A stretch of 64,000 nucleotides of DNA from assembly GCA_965223345.1 (NCBI GenBank), contig CBDCWG010000012.1:704001-768000 (forward strand), in the 5' to 3' direction. The notes below the pieces were generated by a model. The model worked only from the letters and a program-made list of their open reading frames with translations. It did not search any database and had not been told where the DNA came from. Source of the stretch: Nitrospinales bacterium. Its GTDB lineage: Bacteria; Nitrospinota; Nitrospinia; Nitrospinales; VA-1. This document shows, piece after piece, positions 18,376 to 27,982 of this stretch. Position 1 is the stretch's first letter, and each line of letters begins with the position of its first letter. The position numbers and the translations under genes are program-made.

Positions 18376-18846
18376 TCAATGACGATGGCCAAACCGGCCC
18401 CGGATGTGATGCCCCCGGTGATGACCGAAATGCCGTTTGTGGCCAAAGCCCCTGCGGAAGTGTTTGTGTCCACTGCGATGGCCAAAATGCCGGTGCAGAT
18501 GCGGGCGATGATGGTGGTGATGGCGGATGCCGTGGCGGTGCTTGCCGTAGTATCCGTAAAAACCCCTGGAATACCCTCTGTAGTAGGGGCGTCCGAAACC
18601 GCCATAGTAGTAGCCGCCGTAGGGGCGGTACCCGCGATGATGCCGTTTGAATCCGTAGCCGCCTCTATAATGAACGGGCGCGGGATACACGTGTGTGTGG
18701 CTGGGGGTTTCGATGATGATGTCGAACGCGCCACTGGATGAGCTGACGATAAGACCGGGACCCGCCGGGTGCGGATGCGCTTGCGCTTGTGCGCTCATCA
18801 AAAACACGCTGAAACCGGCTATTAGGATGATGGCTGATTTTTTCAT
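18376..18846 (-). CDS. Secreted His/Arg/Gly/Tyr-rich low-complexity protein
   Basis: GAGGAGG RBS, MKKSAII...AQAQA signal peptide, GGYY/GFG/HHHHH-rich tail. Confidence 0.8.
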   Translation of the reverse strand: MKKSAIILIAGFSVFLMSAQAQAHPHPAGPGLIVSSSSGAFDIIIETPSHTHVYPAPVHYRGGYGFKRHHRGYRPYGGYYYGGFGRPYYRGYSRGFYGYYGKHRHGIRHHHHHRPHLHRHFGHRSGHKHFRRGFGHKRHFGHHRGHHIRGRFGHRH

Positions 18847-19133
18847 GTGAGGTCCTCCTCGCGTAGGACAGAATATTTCTGGCCGAAATAGTTGCAAAAC
18901 CCCCCAGTGGATTTTATAATTATATATAGATATAATTTTAATGTCAATATTGCTATAAGTTTTTTTTGTATTTATAATCGCAAAGGAATTTCTCAATAAG
19001 CGTTTTAAAATTATTGAGTTATCCTGTTTGCAGGCCGGATCCCTCCAAAAAAACTTTACGGCGAACCGCCGTGCGGAATATTGCATTGTTACCGGGAATC
19101 CTATAAATTTTGTCCACTTTTGAGCGGCTTTCT

Positions 19134-19562
19134 ATGTCTGTTAAACTCAACATGAAACTGAAATACAATAGGGAACAGCGCCGGGAATACCTTTTCATGA
19201 TCGACCGGATCGGTGTGAACTGGATCGATGTGTTTCATGGTGATCCCGAGTTTTACTCTGCGGCGTACTGGGATCTGTTGACGGCGATCTGGAAGAACGA
19301 CCGGCCGGTCCGTAAGACCGATGCCCTCAAATTCATGAAGGCGATCAAGAGCGCTCAGACCGCAGGAAAATATCTCGAGACCGCTATCGAAAAGGGGTTT
19401 CTGGTCGAGCAGGACAATCCGAAGGACGCACGCTCCAAACTGGTGGTGCTTTCCGCGGACATGAGGCAGCGGCTGGATGAGTTTTTCGATCTCTCGGTGA
19501 TGGAGGTGCGCAAAGCCAATCAGCAGATCATGGCCAAGGGGCCTCTACCGGAAGAACCCTGA
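19134..19562 (+). CDS. MarR-like winged-helix protein
   Basis: KGFLVEQDNPKDARSKLVVLS wing motif; start uncertain (19110, 19134 or 19152). Confidence 0.7.
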   Translation: MSVKLNMKLKYNREQRREYLFMIDRIGVNWIDVFHGDPEFYSAAYWDLLTAIWKNDRPVRKTDALKFMKAIKSAQTAGKYLETAIEKGFLVEQDNPKDARSKLVVLSADMRQRLDEFFDLSVMEVRKANQQIMAKGPLPEEP

Positions 19563-19681
19563 CCCCTTTTTTTGTTTCGCACCGTTGCTTCGATTTTACA
19601 TTCGTATTCCCGCACATCGCTCCGCTTTTTTCCGATCCTGTATCGATTCCAGAAAATCCACGCGCAGATCCGGCACGACAA

Positions 19682-20764
19682 TCAACTCGTCTTTCCATCC
19701 TGAAGAAAAAAAGCACCGGTCGGCGTTTTGAAAAATTCGTTCAGCGGTATGGCTTCCTGTTTCACAAAACCCTTCTCGGGGAGTTTCCCGATAGCGGCCA
19801 TTTTTATGATCGAGCACAGGGAAGCGGCGGTGGTCCAGGAAATCGCCTTCCATTCCGTTCCTGCAATTTTTTTGGGATAAAAGCTGCGAACGTATTCATC
19901 CCGGCTCAAGTCCCTCCCCTTCCAGCCTTCGACCGCAGCGTGGACGTACACCACGTCGTCGTTCACCGGCGGCTTGGCGTGCACCAGGATTTTCCCCGCT
20001 TCGCTGCGGTTTTCTCGCATGAACAGTTCGTCGAAGAAAAAGCGCATCAGTTTGCAGTGGCCGGGATAGCGGATGGTCTTGTAGTTCAGGCGGTCTACAT
20101 TGTTCTCAAAGGTCTCGCACATGGTGCCCAATCCGCCTGAGGTGGTGAACGCTTCCAACTGCACCCCTTCGATCACGATGGTTTCGAGACTTTCCATGGA
20201 AGGAACTTTGGCTTTGATTCCATCCCGTATCACCTCGCAGTCGTTGAGGTACTCGTTGACCACGCCTTCGGGAGACCAGTTGAACGCGTAACCCAAAAGC
20301 CCTCTCGGATGCTGCGGCAGCGCCCCCACCCTGAGTTCGATGCTCCGGAGTTTGTCGAATTTTTTGGTGAGGTGGGCGCCGACCAGCGCGATGAAGCCCG
20401 GGGCCAGCCCGCATTGCGGCGCCATGATTCCGCGCGAGGTCTGCGATAATTTTTTGATTTCCTCGGTGGTCGGAACGTCTTCCGTGAGATCGAAATAATG
20501 GCAGCCCGCCGCATGCGCCAGCTTGGCGACCGCGATGTTGAGCCAGTAAGGGAGGCAACTGGCCACGGCATCGTGTTTTTCCAGGCTGCTTTTGAGAAAA
20601 CGCTCGTCCGTCACATCCCCCTGAACGGTTGCAAAGCCCGGCTCACCGGCGAAACTCTTGTCGATGCCGGTCACCTGAAAGCCGTTTTGATGCAGCAGCG
20701 AAGCGACCAGCGTCCCCACTTTTCCCAGGCCGATCACCAGAACGGAATTGATTTTTTTCTGCAT
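19682..20764 (-). CDS. Saccharopine dehydrogenase / L-lysine dehydrogenase family oxidoreductase
   Basis: GLGKVG, HYFDLTED, CGLAPG, WSPEG..NEY, EAFTTSGG, YKTIRYPGH. Confidence 0.88.
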   Translation of the reverse strand: MQKKINSVLVIGLGKVGTLVASLLHQNGFQVTGIDKSFAGEPGFATVQGDVTDERFLKSSLEKHDAVASCLPYWLNIAVAKLAHAAGCHYFDLTEDVPTTEEIKKLSQTSRGIMAPQCGLAPGFIALVGAHLTKKFDKLRSIELRVGALPQHPRGLLGYAFNWSPEGVVNEYLNDCEVIRDGIKAKVPSMESLETIVIEGVQLEAFTTSGGLGTMCETFENNVDRLNYKTIRYPGHCKLMRFFFDELFMRENRSEAGKILVHAKPPVNDDVVYVHAAVEGWKGRDLSRDEYVRSFYPKKIAGTEWKAISWTTAASLCSIIKMAAIGKLPEKGFVKQEAIPLNEFFKTPTGAFFLQDGKTS

Positions 20765-21397
20765 ACTCTCCTCCTCGGTAACGGTTCTGACCCATTCTAC
20801 AATGAATCCCCTCTATTGATATCGGCCGGTGTTTTGAGGGCGTGATTTTCCTTTGCGTTCGGAATGTTCTGGAGTAAGCTCGAAGTATGTAAAAGATTTA
20901 CGCGGCATTTCCCGATAAAGACCGGGCCGTCCGCCCGGTGCGGATGAGCGGACGGATCCCACCTGCGATCGCTTGAATCGAGACGCTTTGTTTGTGTTCA
21001 ATGAGGCAAAATTTTTAATTTTGCTCGAACTCATATTGATAACGCCAATACGGACGATTGTTTTTTTGCGGCGTTCCCGATCTCCCTCCTGAACGGATTT
21101 TTCCATTCCTTTTTTCACGCATCACTCACTCGCTTTGCGCGTTCCTGGGCGGCTGTAAGGGCTGAAAAATCACAGCGCTTGTTGGAAGGCCCTTCAGAGG
21201 CGGCCGGTTCTTTCCTCATCGGGTGAGGGGGTAACCCTTTCAGAAATATCCTCTTTCCAAACGAAAGGGCCGCTGCGCGGCTTTTTGTTCGGAGTGGCGT
21301 AAGCCATTGTTCGGGATCGCTTTGGCCGCGTTTCCGGCGGGTTTTATATCGGATGCCCGAACAGGCTAAATTTTATTTTTATCTTCGGGCTTCGAGA

Positions 21398-21427
21398 TTG
21401 ACATTGGAAAGAAAATATTAGTAAGCT
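21398..21427 (+). promoter_or_regulatory. Putative sigma70 promoter of the glycan cluster
   Basis: TTGACA-N18-TAAGCT. Confidence 0.45.
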
Positions 21428-21451
21428 GATTTTCCCCTGCATGGTTTTTTC

Positions 21452-21471
21452 TTTGTGATTTAGATCACAAA
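21452..21471. promoter_or_regulatory. CRP/FNR-family (CRP-type) binding site
   Basis: TTTGTGA-TTTAGA-TCACAAA, a perfect TGTGA-N6-TCACA palindrome about 150 bp upstream of 21623. Confidence 0.7.
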
Positions 21472-21622
21472 CTCTTGTGACCTAAACCCTATTCCTTTCG
21501 CAGATAGAATCTTAAGTTAGTGAAAAAATCACATCTGATTTTGACTTCTTGGGCCAAAATTAACAGTTAATTTTGGTGGGGGTGGTTTATCCACAATCAG
21601 TTATTCATGGAGAAGGTTTGTT

Positions 21623-24103
21623 ATGTCTCGCGCAAAAATGTCCAGCAAAACAGGGGCACGCCCGGAAGTAAGAGGCAAGTTTATTTTTTTGGGGGATCAA
21701 AAGCTTTGGATACGGGGGGTGACCTACGGAACCTTCAGGCCCGGGGAGGACGGCACCCAGTTTCCAAACCCTGAAACCGCAGAGCGGGATTTTGCGGAAA
21801 TGTCGGCGAACGGCATCAATGCGATTCGTGTTTATACACTTCCATCACAATGGCTTTTGGATCTGGCGTGGCGCTACGGATTGAGAGTCATGGTGGGGGT
21901 CTGGTGGCCGCAAAACGTGGCTTTTCTGGATGATAAGAAACAGACAAAAAAAATCATTCAGGAATGGCGGGAAGCGATTCGCAAATGCAACCAGCATCCG
22001 GCGATCCTCTGCTACTGCATCGGCAACGAGATTTCCGCCTCGATCGTGCGCTGGTATGGCAAGAATCGGGTCGAAGCGTTCATCGAACAGATGTATCTCG
22101 CCGGTAAAGCGGAAGACCCCAAGGGGTTGTTTACTTATGTCAATTTCCCTTCCACCGAATACCTGGAACTGCCGTTTCTCGATCTGGTTTGTTTCAATAT
22201 TTATCTGGAATCTCCTGAAAAGTATAAAAGTTATCTGGCCCGGCTGCAGAACATCGCCGATGAGCGTCCGCTGGTGATCGCGGAACTGGGACTGGACAGC
22301 CGCACCAACGGCGAGGAAGTTCAGGCCCAGAGCCTCGACTGGCAGGTGCGCGCCACCTACGCCGCCGGCTGCGCCGGTGCGTTTGTTTTCGCCTGGACCG
22401 ATGAATGGCATTGCGGCGGCGCGGATATCGAAGACTGGGATTTCGGCCTGACGACGCGGGAGCGCCAACCCAAACCGGCTTTGGCCACGGTGCGCCGGGC
22501 GTTCGATGAGGTTTCCTTTCAACCCAACCTGCCCTGGCCGCGGATTTCCGTCGTCGTGTGCAGCCTCAACGGGGCGCGCACCATACGGGATACGCTGGAA
22601 GGCCTCAAGAATCTGGAATATCCCGACTATGAGGTGATTGTCGTCAACGACGGCTCCACGGACGCCACCCCGGACATCGCGAGCGAATACAACGTGCGTC
22701 TGATCAGCACGGAAAACCGCGGATTGAGCAACGCCCGCAACACCGGGCTGGAAATGGCGACCGGAGAGATCGTCGCCTACATCGACGACGACGCCTATCC
22801 GGATCCGCACTGGCTGAAGTACCTGGCCACCACCTTCATGTCGACGTCTTACGTCGGCGTCGGCGGTCCCAACATCGCGCCGCCCGGAGACGGGTTGGTT
22901 GCGGATTGTGTGGCGAACGCACCGGGAGGGCCCACCCACGTGCTGTTGTCGGATCAGGAGGCGGAGCACATTCCCGGGTGCAACAAGGCGTTCCGCAAGG
23001 AAGCGCTGGAAGCGATCGGCGGCTTCGACCCGAGATACCGCGCTGCAGGGGACGACGTGGACATCTGCTGGCGCTTGCAGGACAAAGGCTGGAAGATCGG
23101 TTTCAACGCCGCCGCCGTGGTCTGGCATCATTGCCGCAACGAGGTCAAAACCTATTGGAAACAGCAGCAGGGCTACGGCAAGGCCGAAGCGTTGCTGGAA
23201 GAGAAGTGGCCGGAAAAATACAGCGCCGCCGGACACCTGTCCTGGTCGGGCCGTATTTACGGCAAAGGGCTCACGCAGCCGGTGAGCGGCGGCAACTGGA
23301 GAGTCTATCAGGGAACCTGGGGGTCGGCCCTGTTTCAATCGCTGTACCAGACGGCGCCCGGAACCATCATGTCGCTGCCGCTGATGCCGGAATGGTATCT
23401 CATGGTCGTCCTGTTCTCGGTGCTTTCCTTCATCGGCATCTGGTGGTCGCCGCTGCTTTTTGCTCTGCCGCTTGCGGTGATTTCCATGGCGATTCCGGTG
23501 ATCCAGGCGGTGCGCAGTGCGCGGCGGGCTTCGTTCCCGACGCCTTCGAAATCTCGCTGGGAACGGTTTAAAAAATATGCTGTCACGACCGCACTGCATC
23601 TCATCCAACCCATGGCGCGGCTCATCGGCCGGCTGCGTTTCGGGCTGACCCCCTGGCGCATCCGTGGGGTGTCGGGATTCATGGTGCCCTGGCGGCGCGT
23701 GTACACGATCTGGAGCGAAACCTGGAATGCGCCGCACACGCTGCTCACTTCCGTAGAGAGTTCTTTGCGCAAACAGAACGCACCGGTGTTCCGCGGTGGC
23801 AACTTCAACCCGTGGGATCTGGAAGTCCGCGGCGGCCTGTGCGGTTCGGTGCGCATGCTCATGGCGATCGAAGAGCATGGCTGGGGCAAGCAGCTCATCC
23901 GCTTCCGCTCCTGGCCGAAATGCTCCAAGCTGGCTCTGGGTCTTGCGGTTCTGTTCGGCGTGCTCACGGTGTGGGCGGGGATCGACGGAGCCTGGGGCGC
24001 CTGCGTTCTGCTCGGCGTGATCACACTCGGCATCGTGCTGCGAATGTTTCGCGAATGCGCGCACGCCGCGGCGACGCTCACCTACACCTTGAAACAGAGT
24101 TGA
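21623..24103 (+). CDS. Fusion of a clan GH-A (GH2-like) TIM barrel, a GT2 glycosyltransferase and C-terminal TM helices
   Basis: RGVTYG, NAIRVY, IGNE, IAELG, FAWTDEW; then ISVVVC, VNDGSTD, YIDDDA, GDDVD; hydrophobic C-terminus. Confidence 0.85.
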   Translation: MSRAKMSSKTGARPEVRGKFIFLGDQKLWIRGVTYGTFRPGEDGTQFPNPETAERDFAEMSANGINAIRVYTLPSQWLLDLAWRYGLRVMVGVWWPQNVAFLDDKKQTKKIIQEWREAIRKCNQHPAILCYCIGNEISASIVRWYGKNRVEAFIEQMYLAGKAEDPKGLFTYVNFPSTEYLELPFLDLVCFNIYLESPEKYKSYLARLQNIADERPLVIAELGLDSRTNGEEVQAQSLDWQVRATYAAGCAGAFVFAWTDEWHCGGADIEDWDFGLTTRERQPKPALATVRRAFDEVSFQPNLPWPRISVVVCSLNGARTIRDTLEGLKNLEYPDYEVIVVNDGSTDATPDIASEYNVRLISTENRGLSNARNTGLEMATGEIVAYIDDDAYPDPHWLKYLATTFMSTSYVGVGGPNIAPPGDGLVADCVANAPGGPTHVLLSDQEAEHIPGCNKAFRKEALEAIGGFDPRYRAAGDDVDICWRLQDKGWKIGFNAAAVVWHHCRNEVKTYWKQQQGYGKAEALLEEKWPEKYSAAGHLSWSGRIYGKGLTQPVSGGNWRVYQGTWGSALFQSLYQTAPGTIMSLPLMPEWYLMVVLFSVLSFIGIWWSPLLFALPLAVISMAIPVIQAVRSARRASFPTPSKSRWERFKKYAVTTALHLIQPMARLIGRLRFGLTPWRIRGVSGFMVPWRRVYTIWSETWNAPHTLLTSVESSLRKQNAPVFRGGNFNPWDLEVRGGLCGSVRMLMAIEEHGWGKQLIRFRSWPKCSKLALGLAVLFGVLTVWAGIDGAWGACVLLGVITLGIVLRMFRECAHAAATLTYTLKQS

Positions 24104-24114
24104 ACGGGTTGAAC

Positions 24115-25887
24115 ATGAACGCCCCCAAATACTCCGACCTTGCGGTGTTCCGCCGCATCTTCGCTCAGGCGCGACCTTACTGGTCGCAACTGGCGGCGAT
24201 CTTTCTGCTGGGACTGCTGGCGGCGCCGCTCGCCCTGCTTCTGCCTGTGCCGTTGAAGATCGCGGTGGACAGCGTGCTCGGCTCGGCTCCGATGCCGGCG
24301 GTGCTGGAGTTTTTCATTCCCGATGCCATCGAAAGCTCTCCGGCCGCGCTGCTGGTTCTGGTCGTGGTTTTGCAGGTTCTGGTGGTTCTCGTTTACCATT
24401 TGCATTCGCTGGGCAGTTACGTGTTTCAAACGTACACAGGCGAACGCATGACGCTCAATTTCCGCGAGACCCTGTTCCGCCATCTGCAACGGCTTTCGTT
24501 TCTGTTCCACGATTCGCGGGGCACGGCGGATTCGATCTACCGCATTCAGTACGACGCGCCCTCGATTCAGTACCTGACCATTTTCGGGTTGATTCCCTTC
24601 GTTTCCGCGGTGGCGATGCTGGTGGCGATGATCTACGTCACGGCGCAGATCAACCTGCAACTGGCTCTCATCGCCCTGGGCGTCTGTCCGTTTCTGTTTG
24701 TGATGTGCCACCTGTACAACCTGAGGATGCGCGACCGCTACAGTGATTTTAAAAACATGGAAAGCCGCGTTCTCAATATCGTTCAGGAGGTGATGAGCGC
24801 GGTGCGGGTGGTGAAGGCGTTCGGCAGGGAAAAATGCGAGGAGCAGCGCTTTGTCCGGCAGTCGCAAAAGACGCTGAATGCGCGGGTGAAACTTTCGTTC
24901 GCGGAAGGCATGCTGGGACTCATCGTCAATCTTGTGATCGGCGGCGGCACCGCGGCGGTGCTTTTCATCGGCGTGAAGAGTGTGCAGAGCGGCGTGCTGA
25001 CGCTGGGCGAGCTGCTGTTGGTGATGGCCTACATCACGCAGCTTTACGGCCCCCTGGAGACCATCAGCAACAACGTGGCGAAGCTGCAGGATTCGCTTGC
25101 CAGCGCCCGGCGCGCTTTCGACCTGATGGATGAAATCCCGGATGTCGTCGAGCGGCCCGATGCGCTGCCGATCGAGCGAGCGCGCGGCGAAGTGGAAGTG
25201 CGGGACGTTTCTTTCAGCTACAACGGCGGTCCCGATGTGTTGCGTTCCGTTTCTTTACAGATCCCACCGGGCACCCGGGTGGGCATTCTGGGACCGACGG
25301 GGGTCGGGAAGACCACGCTGGTGAGTCTTTTGACCCGGTTTTACGATCCGGTGCGCGGGCAAATTCTGCTCGACGGAGAAGACCTGCGCAATTACAAGAT
25401 CGCGGATCTGCGCAATCAGTTTTCCATCGTGCTGCAGGAGCCGGTGCTGTTCTCGACCACGATTCAGGAAAACATCGCTTACGGACGGCCGCAGGCGAGC
25501 AAAAGTGAAATCATCGCGGCGGCGGAGGCGGCCAACGCGCACGGGTTCATCAAACAGCTTGCCGATGGCTACGAGACCTTGGTGGGGGAACGCGGCATGC
25601 GTCTGTCCGGAGGCGAGCGGCAGAGAATCGCTCTGGCACGGGCGTTTCTCAAGGACGCACCGCTTCTCATTCTGGACGAGCCGACCAGCTCCGTGGACAA
25701 CCGGACGGAAGCGGGAATCATGCAAGCGGTCGAGCATCTGATGCAGGAGCGCACCACGTTCATGATCGCGCATCGTCTCAGCACGTTGGATGCCTGCGAC
25801 ATGCTGATCGAAATCCGTCCCGGTGGAAAACTGAACATCCGCTCGCGGGATTCCGTTTCCATCGGTCAGGAAGACCCGGCGGTCTGA
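24115..25887 (+). CDS. ABC exporter, fused permease/ATPase (MsbA-like)
   Basis: TM domain plus GPTGVGKT, LSGGERQR, LILDE. Confidence 0.92.
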   Translation: MNAPKYSDLAVFRRIFAQARPYWSQLAAIFLLGLLAAPLALLLPVPLKIAVDSVLGSAPMPAVLEFFIPDAIESSPAALLVLVVVLQVLVVLVYHLHSLGSYVFQTYTGERMTLNFRETLFRHLQRLSFLFHDSRGTADSIYRIQYDAPSIQYLTIFGLIPFVSAVAMLVAMIYVTAQINLQLALIALGVCPFLFVMCHLYNLRMRDRYSDFKNMESRVLNIVQEVMSAVRVVKAFGREKCEEQRFVRQSQKTLNARVKLSFAEGMLGLIVNLVIGGGTAAVLFIGVKSVQSGVLTLGELLLVMAYITQLYGPLETISNNVAKLQDSLASARRAFDLMDEIPDVVERPDALPIERARGEVEVRDVSFSYNGGPDVLRSVSLQIPPGTRVGILGPTGVGKTTLVSLLTRFYDPVRGQILLDGEDLRNYKIADLRNQFSIVLQEPVLFSTTIQENIAYGRPQASKSEIIAAAEAANAHGFIKQLADGYETLVGERGMRLSGGERQRIALARAFLKDAPLLILDEPTSSVDNRTEAGIMQAVEHLMQERTTFMIAHRLSTLDACDMLIEIRPGGKLNIRSRDSVSIGQEDPAV

Positions 25888-25923
25888 AGAAAAACTGGAA
25901 AAATATCACTTGAGGTGAGACCT

Positions 25924-27132
25924 GTGACACGCAACGAAATCTATCCCAAAGCCGATCGGGGAAAAATCATCGTCTGGGGATTTCTTGCTTCCTACCCGTT
26001 CGGCGGCATGACCTGGCAGGTGCTGCATCATCTGGTGGGGTTTCGGCGTCTGGGGTTCGATGTCTGGTATGTCGAGGACTCCAACAACCTGATCTTTGAT
26101 CCGGACACCTGGAATCCGGTGGAGGACCCGCTCACGAACCTGAAATACCTGCGGGAAAAGATGGAGGAGATCGGGTTTGAAAACCGCTGGGCGTTTCGGC
26201 CGCCCAAATACAACTCCAACGTTCCGGAGGAGGTCTGCTACGGGGCTCTCGACCTCGACGGGCTGAAAAAGCTTTATAAGGAAGTGGACGCGGTTTTCAA
26301 TCTTTGCGGATCGCACCATCTGCGGCCGGATCAGGAAGGCATCCGTTGCCTGGCCTACCTGCAGACCGACCCGGTCGTGCCGCAGATCGAGGTCGCCGAA
26401 GGCAACCGCGACGTCATCCGCGAATTCGACGCCTACGATTATCTGTTTTCCTACGGCGAGAACCTGGGCAACACGGATTGCCTGGTGCCGGTGAAAAAGC
26501 ACGACTGGCTGCCCACTCGGCCGCCCGTCTGCCTGGACTGGTGGGACTGCAATGGCTCTCCCGTACCGGAGAAAAAGCTCACGACCATCTCGAACTGGCG
26601 CAACCTGGGAAAAGACGTGGTGTGGAAGGGAGAGACGTATTTCTGGAGGAAGGACCTGGAGTTCAAGCGCTTCGCCGACCTTCCGGTGAAATCCGCGCTT
26701 CAGATCGAACTGGCTCTGGAGGGGATCAAGGACAAGGAAGCCGAATGGATGCGGGACAAGGGCTGGAAGATCGTTTCCGCACGCGGCATGCGCGAACCCT
26801 CCGATTACCGCGATTACATCCGCACTTCTTCCGGCGAGTTCACGGTCGCGAAGGACCAGAACATCCGCTTGCGCAGCGGCTGGTTCAGCGACCGCAGCGT
26901 GTGCTATCTGGCGGCGGGAAGGCCGGTCGTCTCGCAGGACACGGCATTCGGGAAATTCGTTCCCACCGGAGAAGGCTTGTTTTCCTTTGCGAACATGGAG
27001 GAGATCGTGCAAGCGGTGGACGCCATTCAATCGGATTATAAAAAACAGAGCCGGGCGGCCAAGGAAATCGCCCGCGAGTACTTCAGCACCGACAAGGTAT
27101 TGGGAAAGGTGCTGGATGTGATGGGGCTGTAG
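25924..27132 (+). CDS. GT-B-type glycosyltransferase-like protein
   Basis: YPFGGMTW, C-terminal SGWFSDRSVCYLAAGRPVV; GTG behind a GAGG RBS; cluster context. Confidence 0.65.
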   Translation: MTRNEIYPKADRGKIIVWGFLASYPFGGMTWQVLHHLVGFRRLGFDVWYVEDSNNLIFDPDTWNPVEDPLTNLKYLREKMEEIGFENRWAFRPPKYNSNVPEEVCYGALDLDGLKKLYKEVDAVFNLCGSHHLRPDQEGIRCLAYLQTDPVVPQIEVAEGNRDVIREFDAYDYLFSYGENLGNTDCLVPVKKHDWLPTRPPVCLDWWDCNGSPVPEKKLTTISNWRNLGKDVVWKGETYFWRKDLEFKRFADLPVKSALQIELALEGIKDKEAEWMRDKGWKIVSARGMREPSDYRDYIRTSSGEFTVAKDQNIRLRSGWFSDRSVCYLAAGRPVVSQDTAFGKFVPTGEGLFSFANMEEIVQAVDAIQSDYKKQSRAAKEIAREYFSTDKVLGKVLDVMGL

Positions 27133-27140
27133 AAAAAAGC

Positions 27141-27851
27141 ATGATGCAACGGCGCAAAGTGATCGTCAATGCCGACGATTTCGGTTTGAGTCCTTCGGTC
27201 AACCGGGGGATCATTGAAGGCTACGAGCGGGGCATCGTCTGTAGCGCCAGTCTCATGGTGCGCTGGCCCGCTGTGGTTCAAGCCGCAGCCTACGCGAAAA
27301 AAAATCCGGACCTGTGTCTGGGGCTTCATGTCGATCTGCAGGAAGCGCTGTTTCGCAACGGCAGGTGGTCGGTGCTGTACCGTGTGGTTCCCTGGAGGGA
27401 CCGGCAGGCGGTGAAGAAGGAACTGGTTCGGCAGATTCAGCTGTTTCGCCGGTTTGTCGGCCGCGAACCTTCCCATATCGATTCGCACCAGCACATCCAT
27501 CTGCGCGAACCGGTGCGATCGGTTTTCATCGAAACGGCGCAGCGCATGGGGGTTCCTCTCCGCCATTTCAGTCCCGGAATTCAGTATTGCGGAAAGTTTT
27601 ATGGCAAATCGAATCAGGGCGGCGGTTTCGGCAACGGTATTCGAAGGACCAACCTGGTCACCATCATGAAATCTCTGCCGCCGGGTTTGACCGAGCTGGC
27701 CTGCCATCCTGGCAAAGGCGCGGGGCTTAGGAAATTGAGAACGATCTACCGATTCGAGCGCGAACAGGAACTCAAAGTGTTGTGCGACCCGAGAATCGCG
27801 TCCGCGATGAAGGGCATGGGAATCGAACTGGCTTCGTTTCGCTCCATCTAA
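27141..27851 (+). CDS. ChbG/HpnK/YdjC-family carbohydrate deacetylase
   Basis: NADDFG, GLHVDL, HIDSHQHIH, ELACHPG. Confidence 0.9.
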   Translation: MMQRRKVIVNADDFGLSPSVNRGIIEGYERGIVCSASLMVRWPAVVQAAAYAKKNPDLCLGLHVDLQEALFRNGRWSVLYRVVPWRDRQAVKKELVRQIQLFRRFVGREPSHIDSHQHIHLREPVRSVFIETAQRMGVPLRHFSPGIQYCGKFYGKSNQGGGFGNGIRRTNLVTIMKSLPPGLTELACHPGKGAGLRKLRTIYRFEREQELKVLCDPRIASAMKGMGIELASFRSI

Positions 27852-27982
27852 TTAACAAATTCAGATTCACAACGACGGGCCGTCATCTCAACAGGGTGTG
27901 CTTATCTCCATTGAGATCGCCCGCGGTCAGGAATTGAATTCGAGCTTTTCATCCTGAACCCTCTCTTTACAAAGGAGACAGG

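Noticed and set aside
20813..21118. 101-aa minus-strand ORF in the long intergenic gap
   Set aside because: No recognisable motif and atypical composition; unsupported as a gene
21587..21595. Perfect DnaA box TTATCCACA
   Set aside because: A single copy with no box cluster and no dnaA/dnaN/gidA context; not enough to call an origin
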